A stretch of DNA of 64,000 nucleotides, from positions 6,696,001 to 6,760,000 of the forward strand of contig CM102284.1 in assembly GCA_046563655.1 (NCBI GenBank), written 5' to 3'. The DNA is from Yuukianura sp. NJ FZ-2021 (lineage: Eukaryota). Shown one piece after another: positions 38,748 through 52,400 of this stretch (its first letter is position 1; each line of letters opens with the position of its first letter). A model generated the notes under the pieces. That model did not search any database, had not been told where the DNA came from, and was given only the letters and a program-made list of their open reading frames with translations. The position numbers were made by a program, and so were the translations under genes.

Positions 38748-40411
38748 AGAAGACAATCAGAAGTAGGACCTAAACACCAAGGTTTTAAATGTGTTTGAAG
38801 ACCACTGGGCTGCTCAGCAATTTTTTAAATGTTCAGACGAAAATTTGGAAAAGTTAACTTCTTTTTTTTTGAAAAATCCACTGGGATGACGGCAGCTATC
38901 CAAGTACGCTGAGGCGATATTTTTAATCTTGGATTCTGTCAATCCAAAGTATACCACAATTAGAGTCGAGCATTCATATGTTTTAAATTTCCAATTCTTT
39001 TTTTTAGTAATTTAGTTAGAATTTCAGGACTTACTTTTTGATACTGGTAAAGAAGCGGTCTCTGCGTCTGCCATTTGGGAACCCACAAGATGGAAGCTCT
39101 GAGTTCTGAGCTGGAGTGTGCGCTGATTTAAGGGATGGATTTAACCAACAAAGTGCTTTTAGAATGAACCTTAGAGCCCGAAATCATCTTCGATCCATTC
39201 TGCACCAAGTCTCAGAAGCACCTCAAAGTGACCTGGACATGTCCGCGTTATTTTATAGTACCCGACAAACAATGGAAAGCCGAAACATGGCTGCCCCTTC
39301 AAGGGCCTTCGAAAATTTAGAAAGCGGTGAAGAATACAACATAAAGGCCCAAGGACGCTTCACAAACATTTTGATTGTTCCGTTTCGTCCAAACCTTTTG
39401 GATTCTTTTGAAATTTAGTTTTCAAATTGTATTGAAGTTTATTTCGGGTTTCATTTTGGGATTTTGGAAAACCGTTATTTAGGGTCCGCTCTTTCACTTA
39501 AATTCCTGAATTTCAAACGAAAAGGTTGAACAGGATTGTTGAAAAGTAACAAAGGACTTGAGCAAAATACTATTGCAGTTTGGTCAAACGGCTAACGTAT
39601 TGTTTTGTTGAATTCATCATAAGTTAGAATTTTTGTTTAGCAAGCATTGTCTTTCTTCCGAAATTTTGACGTTTGATACATGAAATGTTTGAATTTATGA
39701 AATTAAAATTACGTAAAATGCTTTAAGCTGTTTTGCTTAACTCAATTAGGACTTTAATAAATCCCTAAACACTGTTGAAAACATTGCGAAATCGGATTTG
39801 ATCTCTGCATCAAATCCAAAGGCGTCATTTAAAAACTGAAGTTCAAAGTTTTTTCCTTCTCACAATTTCCCTTACCTATGAAAGCTATCACTAATTTCTA
39901 AAATGACAAAATAAATCGTAAGCCTGAAAATATTCTTTGAACGAGGCATGATTAATTGAAAAATTAATTAATTGTGCATTAACTCTTGACTTGACCTCTT
40001 GAAAAGGTCATCATTACTTTGACAGAGCAAAACGGCGGTGAGTAGAAAGTTTTATATGAAACTGCTAATGAGTTACGCAAACAACGAGAGAATTTTTTAC
40101 TGGCGCACAATTTGAACTTGGAATTTGCACAATATTGGTGAGAATTATGATTTTTTTTTCACTTGTCATGTCATATTTCCGTCACCTCCAAAGTTGAAGG
40201 TGTGAATTTGCTAATTGTGTCAGCTGACTCTAATTATTTACAGGTGCTTTGACCTCCGCTGGAATACCACAACAGTCAAGATAACGTGGCAGTGACTCAC
40301 CAGTCACCACTCCAGGCAAAAGGCGTTGACGAAATACTTAATTAATCTCGGGATTTGTGAAGCTAATTAACTTAACTAAAGATTGTTCAGCCCAACGTTC
40401 TCTAGATTAAG

Positions 40412-41573
40412 ATGTCGATTTCGTACCAACAGTCGGATGTAGAGTTCAAAAGGAAGGCCCAATCGATTGCCTCCAACATTCTCAAAATATCACAGAATGG
40501 TAAATTGCGAATTACTAATTCTATGGATTCTTAAATTTAGTAATTACTAAATTCTTTAAGTCAAAACGATGAATAACATATGCTTTTGTTCTTGATTTCA
40601 ACAGCCTCATCAATCGATCGACTCCTCAGTTCGTCCCACATGGACAACCAGGCGATTGCCCAAATGTAAGAATAAGAACATTCAATTGTTTATGCTGATG
40701 TGACAAAAAGCTAGAAATGACCTCAACCAATTCTTGACCTTCTTCTGTATCACTCTTTTTAGACATAGCATCACAGCATATACACATACTTTGTCCAAGG
40801 ATACTGCGGAAGACCTCAAAGTCCTTGCCAATCTTGCTAGTGACAAACAGGAGAAGCTGGAAAAGGATAAGCTCATGTCAAACTACACTTCTGCGCTAAA
40901 TTCGTTCCAAGAAGTGCAAAAGTGAGTTACTTGATTTGCAGTTTCTGGGCAACAATCTCAACGTTTTTCGTCTTTGTAGATCCAGTGTCAATCGAGAGAA
41001 GCAACAACTTCGAGAGTTTCGCCATGATATGCAAGCCGACATGCAACTGCCACCGCCCCCACAGTCTAATAAATTGAAACAGATGCAGATGCAACAACAA
41101 GATGAACTACATGAACAGCAGTTGGAGGAAATGCGACAGAGGGAAGAAGCGATTCGGCAACTTGAGGCAACGTTGTTTTGCAACTTTTCACATTGATAAT
41201 CAACTTGGAATTTTGTGCTAATTTTACTTTGTGGATTATAGTCGGACATTCTGGATGTGAATCAAATCTTTCGAGATTTGGCTACATTTGTTCACGAGCA
41301 GGGAGACACGATTGATTCCATTGAAGCCCATATTGAGTCCTCGTCGATCCGAGTGTCCGAAGGCGTTCAACAGCTTCAAAAAGCAAGCGGTTACGCTGTA
41401 AGTCTCCAGAATTTTAGCACATATGAGAACCATGCGAATCTAGCTAGTTATGATTGACTAATCAATTGACATAATTTTATTTCCAGACATCCGCTCGAAA
41501 AAAGAAGTTGTGCCTGTTCGGTACTGGAATACTGATCCTCGTAATTTTGATTTTGATTATCTACTACGCCTAA
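40412..41573 (+). CDS. Syx7: Syntaxin-7/12 family Qa-SNARE (245 aa, 6 coding exons)
   Basis: Exons 40412-40499, 40605-40665, 40763-40921, 40980-41166, 41242-41397 and 41487-41573. It has a Habc-like N-terminus, the SNARE motif [41 protein letters not shown], a basic RKKK and a C-terminal transmembrane anchor. Confidence 0.92.
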
Positions 41574-43496
41574 ATAATCAAGATTCACAGCATCCAGGAC
41601 CACTTGATCAATTGCGGTCAGTCGCTTTAAAGACTTTTCGAGAGCCACGATGATCCAATCAAGAAATCCAAAGAACAGCAATGTCCCTTATAGTTTCATT
41701 ATACATAACATTCCGACTTCAAATAATTTTCGATAAACTGTCGCTAAGTAGTGGGTGCTAAACGATCGATATGCCACTCCAAATGTGAAATAGCCGAATT
41801 TAGTTCACTGCAAATCTAAACAAGTTACGGTTTTAGTAGAAATTAATTACTTTAGTTTAACCAAATCTTTCATTTCCCTTTCTGATTTGGATTTAGATTT
41901 ATTTAAAATTCGAAAAACTTAGGAAAAACTAATTTTGATTGAAATTTAAGCTTAGATAAAAGTATAATTCCCTAAATCTAACAACATTTAACAAAGTAAA
42001 TTATAAACCACGTTGCAAAAAACACAAAAGGTTTCACTATTCAATTTATTTCATTGTTAACATTTAATTATTACTGAGACAAGTTTAACTTTGTTTTAAC
42101 GTTTTAATCAGTAAGGACATTTAACTTCTAAAATTTTGTAAAAACGTTTCAGACCGAAGGAAGTTGTCTTGTTCAAACAACAAAAATCACAAGTTTAGTT
42201 TTTGAAAAAATTCTAACAGCAGCGGGTTGAACAGTTTTTTCAGACTATGTTTAGGTAGGCAGTTTTTTAAATTTGACCAAGTCACCACATTTTATCCTGA
42301 ACTAATTTTTAAATACGTTCTGTTTAACAAGATTACCAGACTTTTCAATTTTGAAAATTTTGAAAAACGAAAAGAATCTCAGAATGAAATGGATTGTCAA
42401 GTAGAGAAATTTTGGAAAATTTTGACAATACGGAAAAAGATTGAAAGAGGAGAAAAAATTTACAAAATCGGATGTAATCAGACCTTTGACCTTTTTGAAT
42501 TTTTAAGTTTCGTGACACAATGAGTTATTTTGGGAGTTTCTAGTTAAAATGATTGTTAGTTTTTACCAGTTTTAATTTTAAGGTTAGGTTAGTTAGGTTA
42601 ACTAAACTAAAGTTAGGTTGCTAATGTTAGCCTAAATTAATTCTCTTGACTTTTTAGCACATTTCCGACGCTACAGCCGAGTTGACCTCTTGAGGTCAAA
42701 AGGAACAAAGACACACTGCTGCTATATTTACATTTTTTTTTGTCTGTTTGTTCTTAACAGTTTGTTTTAAAAATGCAAAAGTTTTCCAAACTTTCCATTT
42801 TTAAAACAATTTAAAAACTTATTCAAATAGTATAGGTTAGGTTTGTACAGAATCTTAAAATAGGAAGTTAACTACGTTATTCCTGTACAAATTGTACAAA
42901 AACAAACTTATCAAATGTACAAAAACATTTGAGAACCACTTTTTAGTACAAAAGTTGTTTTTTAGAACAAGTTTGACTCAACTTTTTTGAAAACTTGAAA
43001 ACATAAGTAATCCTAATTGCCTTAATTTTTTACCACAAGCTACGACAGCTCAACTACTGAAGCTTGTTTGCAGCTTTTTTCTTATTTTTGCTCGTTTTTA
43101 CTCAAGCATGTCACGGAACAAGGCTTTTTGCACTGCAGGGACGTTTTTAACATTTTAGGCAATCAATTCTTAATTTGCTAAAGCCCTGCAGGAGAGGAGC
43201 ACTTAAACAATTTTTTTGGTTACTTTAGCTTTTTTTTTCTAGAAAAACAGTTTGATATGTTTCAATGAGATTATTTTGAAAATTAACCCCCCGTAGAGAT
43301 TCGTTTTTAGAAAAAGAGAAAGCCACCACTGCTTTTTCGAATTTTCCGTAAGTTTATGTTTTTTGGAGGAAATTGTTATTACTTTAGCGAGCCTAATCAA
43401 TCATTTTTACTACAACTTTATTGCTATTTTTGTGGAGAAAGCTATGCTAAGGTCAGAGAAAGTCACAGGTCATTGAACTTTGGAGAAAACGCGGAG

Positions 43497-46400
43497 TCAG
43501 GTCAAGTAATCCTCTTCGCCATTTTCTTCTTTGATGGTGTAGCAGTCCACTTCGAAGGCTTCACGACCTAAAAGTACACAAATTTTGAAATTTTTGAAGT
43601 TTTTTGAAATTTTTGTTGAAGTGTGCCTGAGATTGAACAAAAACAGGCTTACTGTCAAGTGAAGGTGTACGAACCGGCGCAGCGCGGCCTAACCTTGGTG
43701 GAACTGGAGGTGGCATGGCCGGGGGTGACGATGTTGGCGAAGGCTGTGACGGTCTACGGTCTAACCGCGGTGGAACCGGCGGCGGAGTACTAGCAGGAGT
43801 TGGACTGGTAACTTTTGCTGGTGTTCCAGGACTCTGCGCTTGGCCGTTTTCAACGCCCGAAACGTTTTTGAGCGACGACGGAGCCACGGTTGTTGCCCAT
43901 GAGGGAGAACTTGAGGCCGATCCATTGGAATTTGACTGTGGCGGAGACGCTCCAGCGGAAGAAGCCGTTGAAGTTGACCCACCCGAAATACTGTCCACAC
44001 TTCCACTTTTACTTTTGGGTTTCGGTGGAGGTAGAGGAGCTTGTTTAGACTGTTGCGTCTGCGCAGTACTAGAAGAGGCTTCATCTTGACCGTGACCGTG
44101 TCCGTTAGTCTTTTGTTCAGGTTCTGGATTGTCCAATGGCAACGGCGGTGGAAAGTGTTCTGACGGAGGTGGGCCGTTTCCGGCCTTCTGTGGAAGAACT
44201 GCGGGCAAAGAATACTGATGCATGAGGGGGTGGGGATGCTGCGGAGGTTGTGTTGGCAGTGACGGCAGTCTCCTTCTCTCTCGCTCTTCAATTGAATGTC
44301 GCCGTTCAACATGTCCCGGACCAGGACCCGAAAATCGACGAATCGGAAACGGAGACGGAGGAATCGGTTGGGCCTTGGGGTCACGTGACTTGGTAGCTCC
44401 ACCTTCCGGAAGTGGGTGGGGCTGACGATGGTGCTGTTCCTGGCCTTGACCTTGACGTTCCTGACTTTGACCTTGACGTTGCTCCTCGTGGGAATGGGAC
44501 TGATGACGTTGACGGTATTCCTGACTCTGACTTTGTCGCTGGTCGTCATGACCTTGACCTCTCTCCGGATCAACATAAGCGTAGCGTTGAGGTGGTTCAG
44601 GCTCTTTACGAACTTGATCAAACGGAGTTGCGTACTGCGCTTGCGTCGTCGCAGGCAGCGTTTGCTGTTGCTGAGGCGGTGGTGGGACGACCTCAAAGGC
44701 CGACACACGACTGCGTACTGAAACATTTGTAAAGATATCATTACCGGAGCCACCAGGAGGGGCAGTGGTGGGTGAGTCAGTTAGTTTTGGGGTGGTGGAC
44801 AGTTCAGAAGTGAGGGAGTAGTTGGATGAGGTGGTGGCAGGCGTGATGGACTTGGCAGTGGAGCTGACTGGCGTTAGTGAGTTGGGCGTCGTGACGGACG
44901 TGAGGGAACTCGAGGTCGTGGAGGGCGTGAGCGTCGTGATGGAGCCACCAAGATGGTGGGGCCCGGGCCCACCTTTGAGAGTGGGTGAGGGAGAACTCTC
45001 ACTAAGAGAGCCAGGAGACTGCTTTGAAGGGCTTAAGGGGAGAGTGGGATGCATGAGGTTGGTCAGCGGGGAAAGTTGACCCCCTGACCCCCCCTGAGCT
45101 CTGCTCGAAGTCATCTTCTGGGATTTGGACAAAAGAGCGGAAGCTGGGCTGGAACGGGGGAATGGTCGTCCTTTGCCCAAAAGAATAGGTCCCTTCCGTA
45201 CTGCTCCCGCCGCTCCCGCTTCCCGAACTGTCTGCAACATAGGTGTCACTGCTGACCCAAATCTCACGTAACGATTTTACATTTCACCAAAGTGTGATTT
45301 TTTAAGGAAGAAGAAAGTAGAGAAGTGAAAGGAACACAAAAGCAGTCGTGGTTGATGTTTAACACAAATTTCTACTAATGTAAAAGTGTCACAAATCACA
45401 AAAATCCACACAACTGATACGCTGAGGTGTGCCACACAAATTATAATTTGAAGAAGAGAATTGAGGAAGAAATGGCCTAGAAAATGAGTGTTTTAACCTT
45501 GTTCTAGTAAGTTCGAAATACGTTTACCTGATTTTGCTGGCCAAACTTCCAGGAGATACTGGAGCACTTTGATTGGTGGTTGAAAGTCAAGCGAGTCCGG
45601 TGATTGGTCAAAGTAAATCATTAGAATTGGACCAAAACATGTCGCCAATTGTGTAGGACCCATCTTATTTCTGTCGCTTAATGAACAGACCAGACTCAAA
45701 TGCTCCACGATCATCAGCAGTGTACACTGGAAAATTTCAACAACAAAAAAAATCAAAACTTTCAAAAAAGTTTTTAAAAGTGTTGAATTTTTTAAAACTT
45801 TCTAGCCATTCACTAGAAAACCGCCACAACCTAAATTTTGGAGTAGAATTTTTCCTTGTTTGAACAGCTAGATCAAAAACTTGGTTCGCCGCTAGTTTTA
45901 ATTTTCAAAATTTCAAAATTTGAAAAAAAAATTGAAAAAATTCTTACCCTATTAGGTTTTGGTAGACATTCGATAATGGAAAAAAGTAGTCTAGCATTTC
46001 CTTCTGGATCGTCCGGTAGACATACACTCAGAGCATCCACAAGCATTTGATACAAACACTTGGTTAGCAACGGTTCTGGAAGTTCTCTCAAATAGTCTTT
46101 GAGGACACCTATGAAACCACAAGTACAAAACATAAAAACCAAATCACTTTCTCCTGTTCCTTTTTTCGAACATGTCCAAATAGCACTGCTACCGCAGATT
46201 TCCAGATTCCGTCTTACCAGCAATAACATTTATATCCGGAACATTTTCTGCTGACAAGTCCACTGTTCTTGGACTACGCTCAAAGGCTTCTCTCAAAATT
46301 TGTTTTTTCGTAGCCGATCCACAGAGTCGATAGAGTCCAATTATGTCCAATCCTCTTCGTTCAATTTCTTCTATACATTTTTGCACAAGGAGTGGAACGT

Positions 46401-49400
46401 TCAAGCCCGAATCTTCCCGCATAACAACATTTCCCAAATCGGCTCCAAAAATGCCAACTTTTTTGAGTTCTCGCCGAAAGGCCTCTTGTGGTGGCGTATG
46501 TTTGAGCTTAACGTAGAGCGTTCCACGCGGTTCCACTTTGATTGCCAATTGATGAAAGGCTGAAACTGGATTAGTCTCACTAAGAATTTGTACTAAGTTG
46601 ACTGAGCCCTTGTAGCAGAGACGATGTCGCAGTTGAGGATCCCAAGAGTAGATGAGGAAATCAAGTTCTTTGTTGTTGACCAAATCCAGTTCGAAAGTTT
46701 CGTCCCAATCGAAATTTTGGTCACCAGTGCAGACCACCGTTCGAGCTTTGTGGACTCTGTCACATTCGAGAACACAGTAGAGGTCACGAGTTCGCACGGA
46801 AGCATCAGTAGTTCGTACTGTACTGCGCAGAGCTCTTCCAGCGAGTAAATGAACACGAAGAATACCCGAGTGACCGTGGAGTGCCGATCCACCGCCGAGG
46901 CCACCGCCACTGTCCGAGGCTGCTGACGATGGACGTTCAATTTTGTACCGAATGAATTCTGAAGGATTGATTGTAAGCAGTTTCAAGCGGGAGTCGGTTT
47001 GGCCCGTACCGGAACCGCTTCCGGAACTTCCCGAACCTCTACCGGCATTCAGTGCACTGTGGGCTGAAATGAGTCTGCCGCGCTGTTCGGCCGTTTTTTC
47101 GTCTAAACTCATCAAGGGTTCGCGACTCAGGAATTCACGACTCAGAAGACTTCGGTTCAGAATTTCTTTGCGCAGGCCTGAATCTGAGTCTTTGTCGCCT
47201 CCATGCTCAGCCGCCGCGGTGAGTCTGTGTAAGAGAGCAGACGTCGGAGTTGTTCGGCCGTCGGCCGATAAGAGGTCACGTGACCTTGAGGTTGAAAGGC
47301 CCAGTCTCGTCAGCGTTTCGGCACTGAGACTGTCTTTTGTAAATGACGCCGACGTTGTTAGGGTTTCTCGTAGGCCTAGAGAAGCTAGAGCACTGGAGGC
47401 TGACGGTGAACGGCCAGCCAGCGCTCGCGCAAGCGTAGAATCACCTCCTGTCAGAGTCGATCCAGGAGCAACGTGAGGTCTATATGGAGAGGCATAGTAG
47501 GATGACGGCTGATCCTGAAAAAATGTCAAAGGTCAAAGGTCATTTCCAAAAAAAAATTGAAACTTTTATTTTCGAAATTTTTACATACTTTGACTTGCTG
47601 TTGTTGCGCTGCCTGTGACGCTTCCCAAGCTGAAAGTTGAGCATGTGCCTGGTTCTCTCGATCAATATCCTCGTGCAATCGCTTTATCTCCCTCTCCGTT
47701 CGCTGCAGAAAGAAAAAAAGTAAAGTAAAAAATGGAGAAAGCAGGGGCTTTTTGGAGAAAGAAGCGCATTGTCTCAGGAATTCTAATGCAGTTGGGTTCA
47801 ACCTACGCTACGTAGTACATGGTAGTAAAGTTCAAAAGGAAAAGTCCAGCACTTTCCGCTTTGCGATTCGGCGGTTTGAAAAAATAACCTAAGCCTTTAC
47901 CCTATTTTTCTTAGTAAGACTCACTTGTCTCGCACGATCCAGAATACTCAGATTTTCTGCACTGTAGTTGAACTTGGCTGCTCTCTGAGTCTGCAAAAGT
48001 TCCACGTCTCGATTGGTCTTGAGACGTTCATAAATGGCACTCGTCGATGGAGCTCTCGTGAGCCAAGCACGGTAGTCTAACAAAGTAAACAAAAGAATCA
48101 GTCTGATTCTTGGAATCAACAGACATAAAAAAGTTAACGAAAACATTTTTAGTTTGGTTAGGTTTTTAATTCAGTCTATAAACACTTTTGCATCTTCCTT
48201 GAAATTTAAAAAACCTTGCAAAAGCGAGTTCTGGATTTGACCTTTGAGCTCCAGAGGTCACGCGGAGCCAAAAACTAAGATTTTGGACAAAAGATCAGAA
48301 AAGGGGATGAAAAAAGAGAGAGCCGGATCAAAATGGAGGAGAAAGGAAGAAGCTGGAGCGGGAAGAAGCGAAAGCAGAAGTGAAAACAACTTTCTCCTTT
48401 ATAAAAGAAAAGCTTCTTCCAACACTTTCTAATCAAATAATCGATACTCATCGGATTCCCATCAGACAAGATGGAACGGAAAAAGATGGAAACAATGTCA
48501 GGTTCATATACTTTTTCAAAAAAAAAATCTAGAAAAAACTTCACAACTTCGTAAGATACTTCCTCCAAGTTCATTTTTCTTCACACATTTTTTTAAAAAA
48601 AGAAAAGAGAAAGCATTAGGCCTTCTCAATCATCAGTTAATTAATGTTTTCAATTTTACATCGTAAAGGAGCCTGTAATTTCGAAATTAACTGAGAGAGA
48701 TGAACTCATTCAAAAAAGTAATCAACAGGAGGCCTTGGTTTTCGATTTAAAAAAAATCGAAAAAGTAAAACGTAAATGTTAAAGAAAGTTGCCAAAATTG
48801 GAAGATTTTAGGTTTTCAAAGGGACAAATTACGCTTGGTTCTGATTTTCCTTCCTTGTGGCAGAAGGAGATAAGTTTTTCAAAAACCAAAATTTTGAAGT
48901 TTACCTCGATCTTTGCGTGATGACTGCATTTCTGGAGCTGACGTAGCACCACTGTCACTTTCATCTTGACTATCAAGGGCCGATGCCAGCAGAAGAGCCC
49001 TTCGTCCTGACATGCTTGCAGAAGACGTCAAGTCCCCAATCAGTCCGCGCTTATCAAACCTCAAATTCGATTTCCGACCACTTCCGGACGCAGTTCGGCC
49101 GCCCCGAACAAAATCCCGAGGAAGTGAATTGCTTCTGCCATTGGTCAGACCAAGTGATCTTCTAGTTGCTGCCGGAAGGGAGAGACCTGTAGTTGACCTT
49201 AGTGAAGGTGCGTAGGTCATGGCTTCAGAATCAGAAGCATAGTCTAGGACCGGTTTCCTTCGAAGTGGCGCCGCCAAGCGAGAACTCATGCCTGTTTTGA
49301 AAATTTTGAAAAAGAAAGTTCAAAAAATCTCATTAGCCAAATTGCCCTCTCAAGTTTCAGATGTGGCTCATTTACAAAAATTAGCTGTAGTGTGGCAGTT

Positions 49401-52400
49401 CAAAAGAAAATGTTTAAACGAGGAGTGGGAGAAGCGCTGAGGCGTTTAAAATGAAATTAGTCAAAATGCAATCGCTGTTTCAGCGATTCTGCTAGGTTTA
49501 ACCTATTTCCTGCACCACCGAATGAGGATTTAGAAGTGTTTTCGTTTAGTTTAACAAGGCAGGATCAATTTCTTTTCAATTAGACCAGAATGACAAGGAT
49601 TTTGGGAACTAAACGAACAATAGCTAAGCCTCAACGCTTTTCTTGTATTCGGGAAGGACGCTTTTCGACAAACTTTTTTCTGTAAACAATCATGAGAATG
49701 CAGACATTAGGCTAAGGTTAGGTTAACCTAACCTAAGAGAAAACAGGGCTCAGATGCTCCGTTAGGCTAGGGATCCGTCTTTGAAAATTTGTTTTATTAT
49801 CCTTCTCGGGTGTTTCCACACAGCTTCCTTTTGTCACCTAATTTGTCATTTCCATTCTTCAAAGTAAGCAGCAGCACAAGTCTTTTCTTGAAGCAGGAAC
49901 TTAAATTTCCGGTGAAACGCTTGGAGCCGCCAATTTTCAAAATGGAGCAACGCTTTCACTTGGGATTTAAGTTTTCTCCTAGAGTTCAGACTGTGACTGA
50001 CAAGCTCAAGCTTCTTGCAGGAGCTTTTGAAGTCCAGCGGCGCCAGTTTTATTTCTAATTACGAACCATTTCCTGTCTCTGCATGATCCAATAAAATTAA
50101 TTCCTTTTTACAACCATTTTATGGCTTGAAACTGAGCGTTTGAAGTCAAATGAGAAGGAAGAAGTCTAGCGTTAACCTAACCTTAACCTAACGTATGAAG
50201 AGAAAGCAATAAGACATGGTGGCTACTTCCACTCTTTTTCCTTTTGGTTTGGTTCTTGAGGTTACAGAGTCTTGGCCTGTCTCCTTTGGAGTTTGGCCCT
50301 AACCTTACGCTCCAGTGACTCTACAAAGAAGGTCTGCTGTACTGGATGCTTGTGGAAGTATACTGGATGCTTGTGGAAGTTATACTGGATGCTTGTGGAA
50401 GTATACTGGATGCTTGTGGAAGTATACTGGATGCTTGTGAAAGTAGGAAGATAGCCGAAAGTGGAAAATGGCTTGAATCTGCCGCCTGTTCGTAGGTTGG
50501 AGAAAGTGAGCGAGGAAAGGAGTGGAATACAAATCGATGTGTTTCTAGAGGAGCTGCTGCAGGGATGAGAAACGACCTTAAGGAATTGTGTAAATTTTAG
50601 TGACTACGCAACACAACCCTAGTCCTGTCTTGTTTTCCAAATGAAACTACCTACAGGATCAGTTTTTCAAAAACAAAAGTTGTTTCACAAAGTTGGTAAA
50701 TTGAATTTGAAAGAATTTTGAAAAAAAAGAAGGTCTCTTGAATTTCCGAATCAAAACTATCTACTTGCTGAATTTCAAAAACGATTTTCTAATTTGCTGT
50801 GCTAATGCCTGAAAGTTGTGGTGTGGCGCAACAGTAAAATTTTCAAAATTTTGAAAAAGTGAAAAATTGTTTGTTGACAATGGCGAAACGACGTTGTTTC
50901 AAAATGAAGTAATGGATGAAGATGGGAAGAGAGTGAAAGTCTATGTTTTTTCATTCCGCCTTTCTCTTATTCCCCTGTCAAATTTAAAATCGAAAGTTCA
51001 ACATCCCGCTGCTTACCACACGCCTTCACTTTTCACTTCCGGAAATTCCAACGCTTTTCTTTTTTAAAAAAGTCAAAATCTTCGACTTCTTTTAAAAAAG
51101 TTCAAATTCCAAAAATCTTCCTCTTGTTACTTTTTTTTTACAAAAATGAAAAGATCGAAGGTCCTTAAAATCCACCTTCCTCTTGATCCTGAAATTCCGT
51201 TTCGCTTTTTCTAAAGGAATCTCCCCGAAACGATTCCCTGCTGCTTTCTACTTTCTTTTTTTCAAAAAAGTTGAAAAGAAAAAATTTCAAGGAAAAGAAA
51301 CTTTCTCCATCTCCGTCTCCAAAAATTTTGTGTCTGTCTACTTTTTTTCAAGTTATTTTTCCCTCAGCCAAAAACCGGGTTTAAAGCAGGTCAAGTCCTG
51401 CTTTGCTCTGGAGAAAATCTAGTTTTTTTTTTTCTTTTCGTTTTTCTGCGTCTTCGTCTTTCTTTTTGCTTTCTCTCCAGAAAATACTTGTATAAGTGGA
51501 GCTCATTACTTTGGAAATGCAAAAGTTGTAGAGGAAATTGGGAAGTTGGAAAATGATTATGCAAACAAGGTATAGGAGACTACGCATAAGCTGAAACTAC
51601 TTTCTAGTAACTGTTCAAATCCAAGACTTGTCAAGGAAAAAGGAACTTTATTTATTGTAATAGGCAAGACTTCGTTTTCAAATTTTCCGGAATCCTGAAT
51701 CCGAAAAAAGGAATTTCGAAACTTTTTCTTCTTTCTCGGCTCCTAGCATTCTATAGTCAAAGAATGGAATTTAGGAAGATTAGTGTTGGACAGGGGAGAC
51801 TAAACATGTAAAGATTGAAGAGGTCTCTAATGTACTTTGAGAAAGAGGGATTGGCTAGTTTATGGTACTTTATGTTAGGTTAGTACTTTGTTGCTTAGGT
51901 TACGTACGGAAGAAGGAAATGGAGTTAGAGAAGACACGATGGAACTAATATTTTAGACTCATGAAACCTTTCCACTTGATGCCAAATGACTTTCTTCTAC
52001 TTTTCCGGATTTTCACACTTGAGCTTTTGAGTTATGGAAGTCACTTAGGAAAGAAAGCTTGAACCTGAGAAAAAAATTTAGAAAATAAGAGGTGAGAGGT
52101 GTGCAAGTTTTCTGTTTTCACCCAAAATTTTGGTAGGTTAGGCTTATAATTTTCTTCATGTTTGAAATATTTAGTTAGGTTAAGCGAATTTGTCTAACGA
52201 AAGTTTGGTTAAAATATGCCGAGGAGTGAAGTGCTTTATTAAAGAAATTTACATTGTGTGACCTGACTTTTGTTTGGGTTTCTCTTAAAAATTTGATAAA
52301 AAGACAGGCTGGTGACGTGAAGCTAATTTTTGAAATTGACTTTCTCCTGCCTCTTTCTCCCAGGAAATTCAATTGTGCCGCCTAATTTAATTTTCCACTT

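Noticed and set aside
39028-39418. Possible extra gene (100-aa ORF and a ttcag acceptor at about 39027)
   Set aside because: All frames from the acceptor stop early and I see no recognisable motif. It may be UTR or non-coding.
43715-47476. + strand ORFs overlapping RhoGAP100F exons
   Set aside because: They are antisense shadows of GC-richer coding exons with no independent signals.
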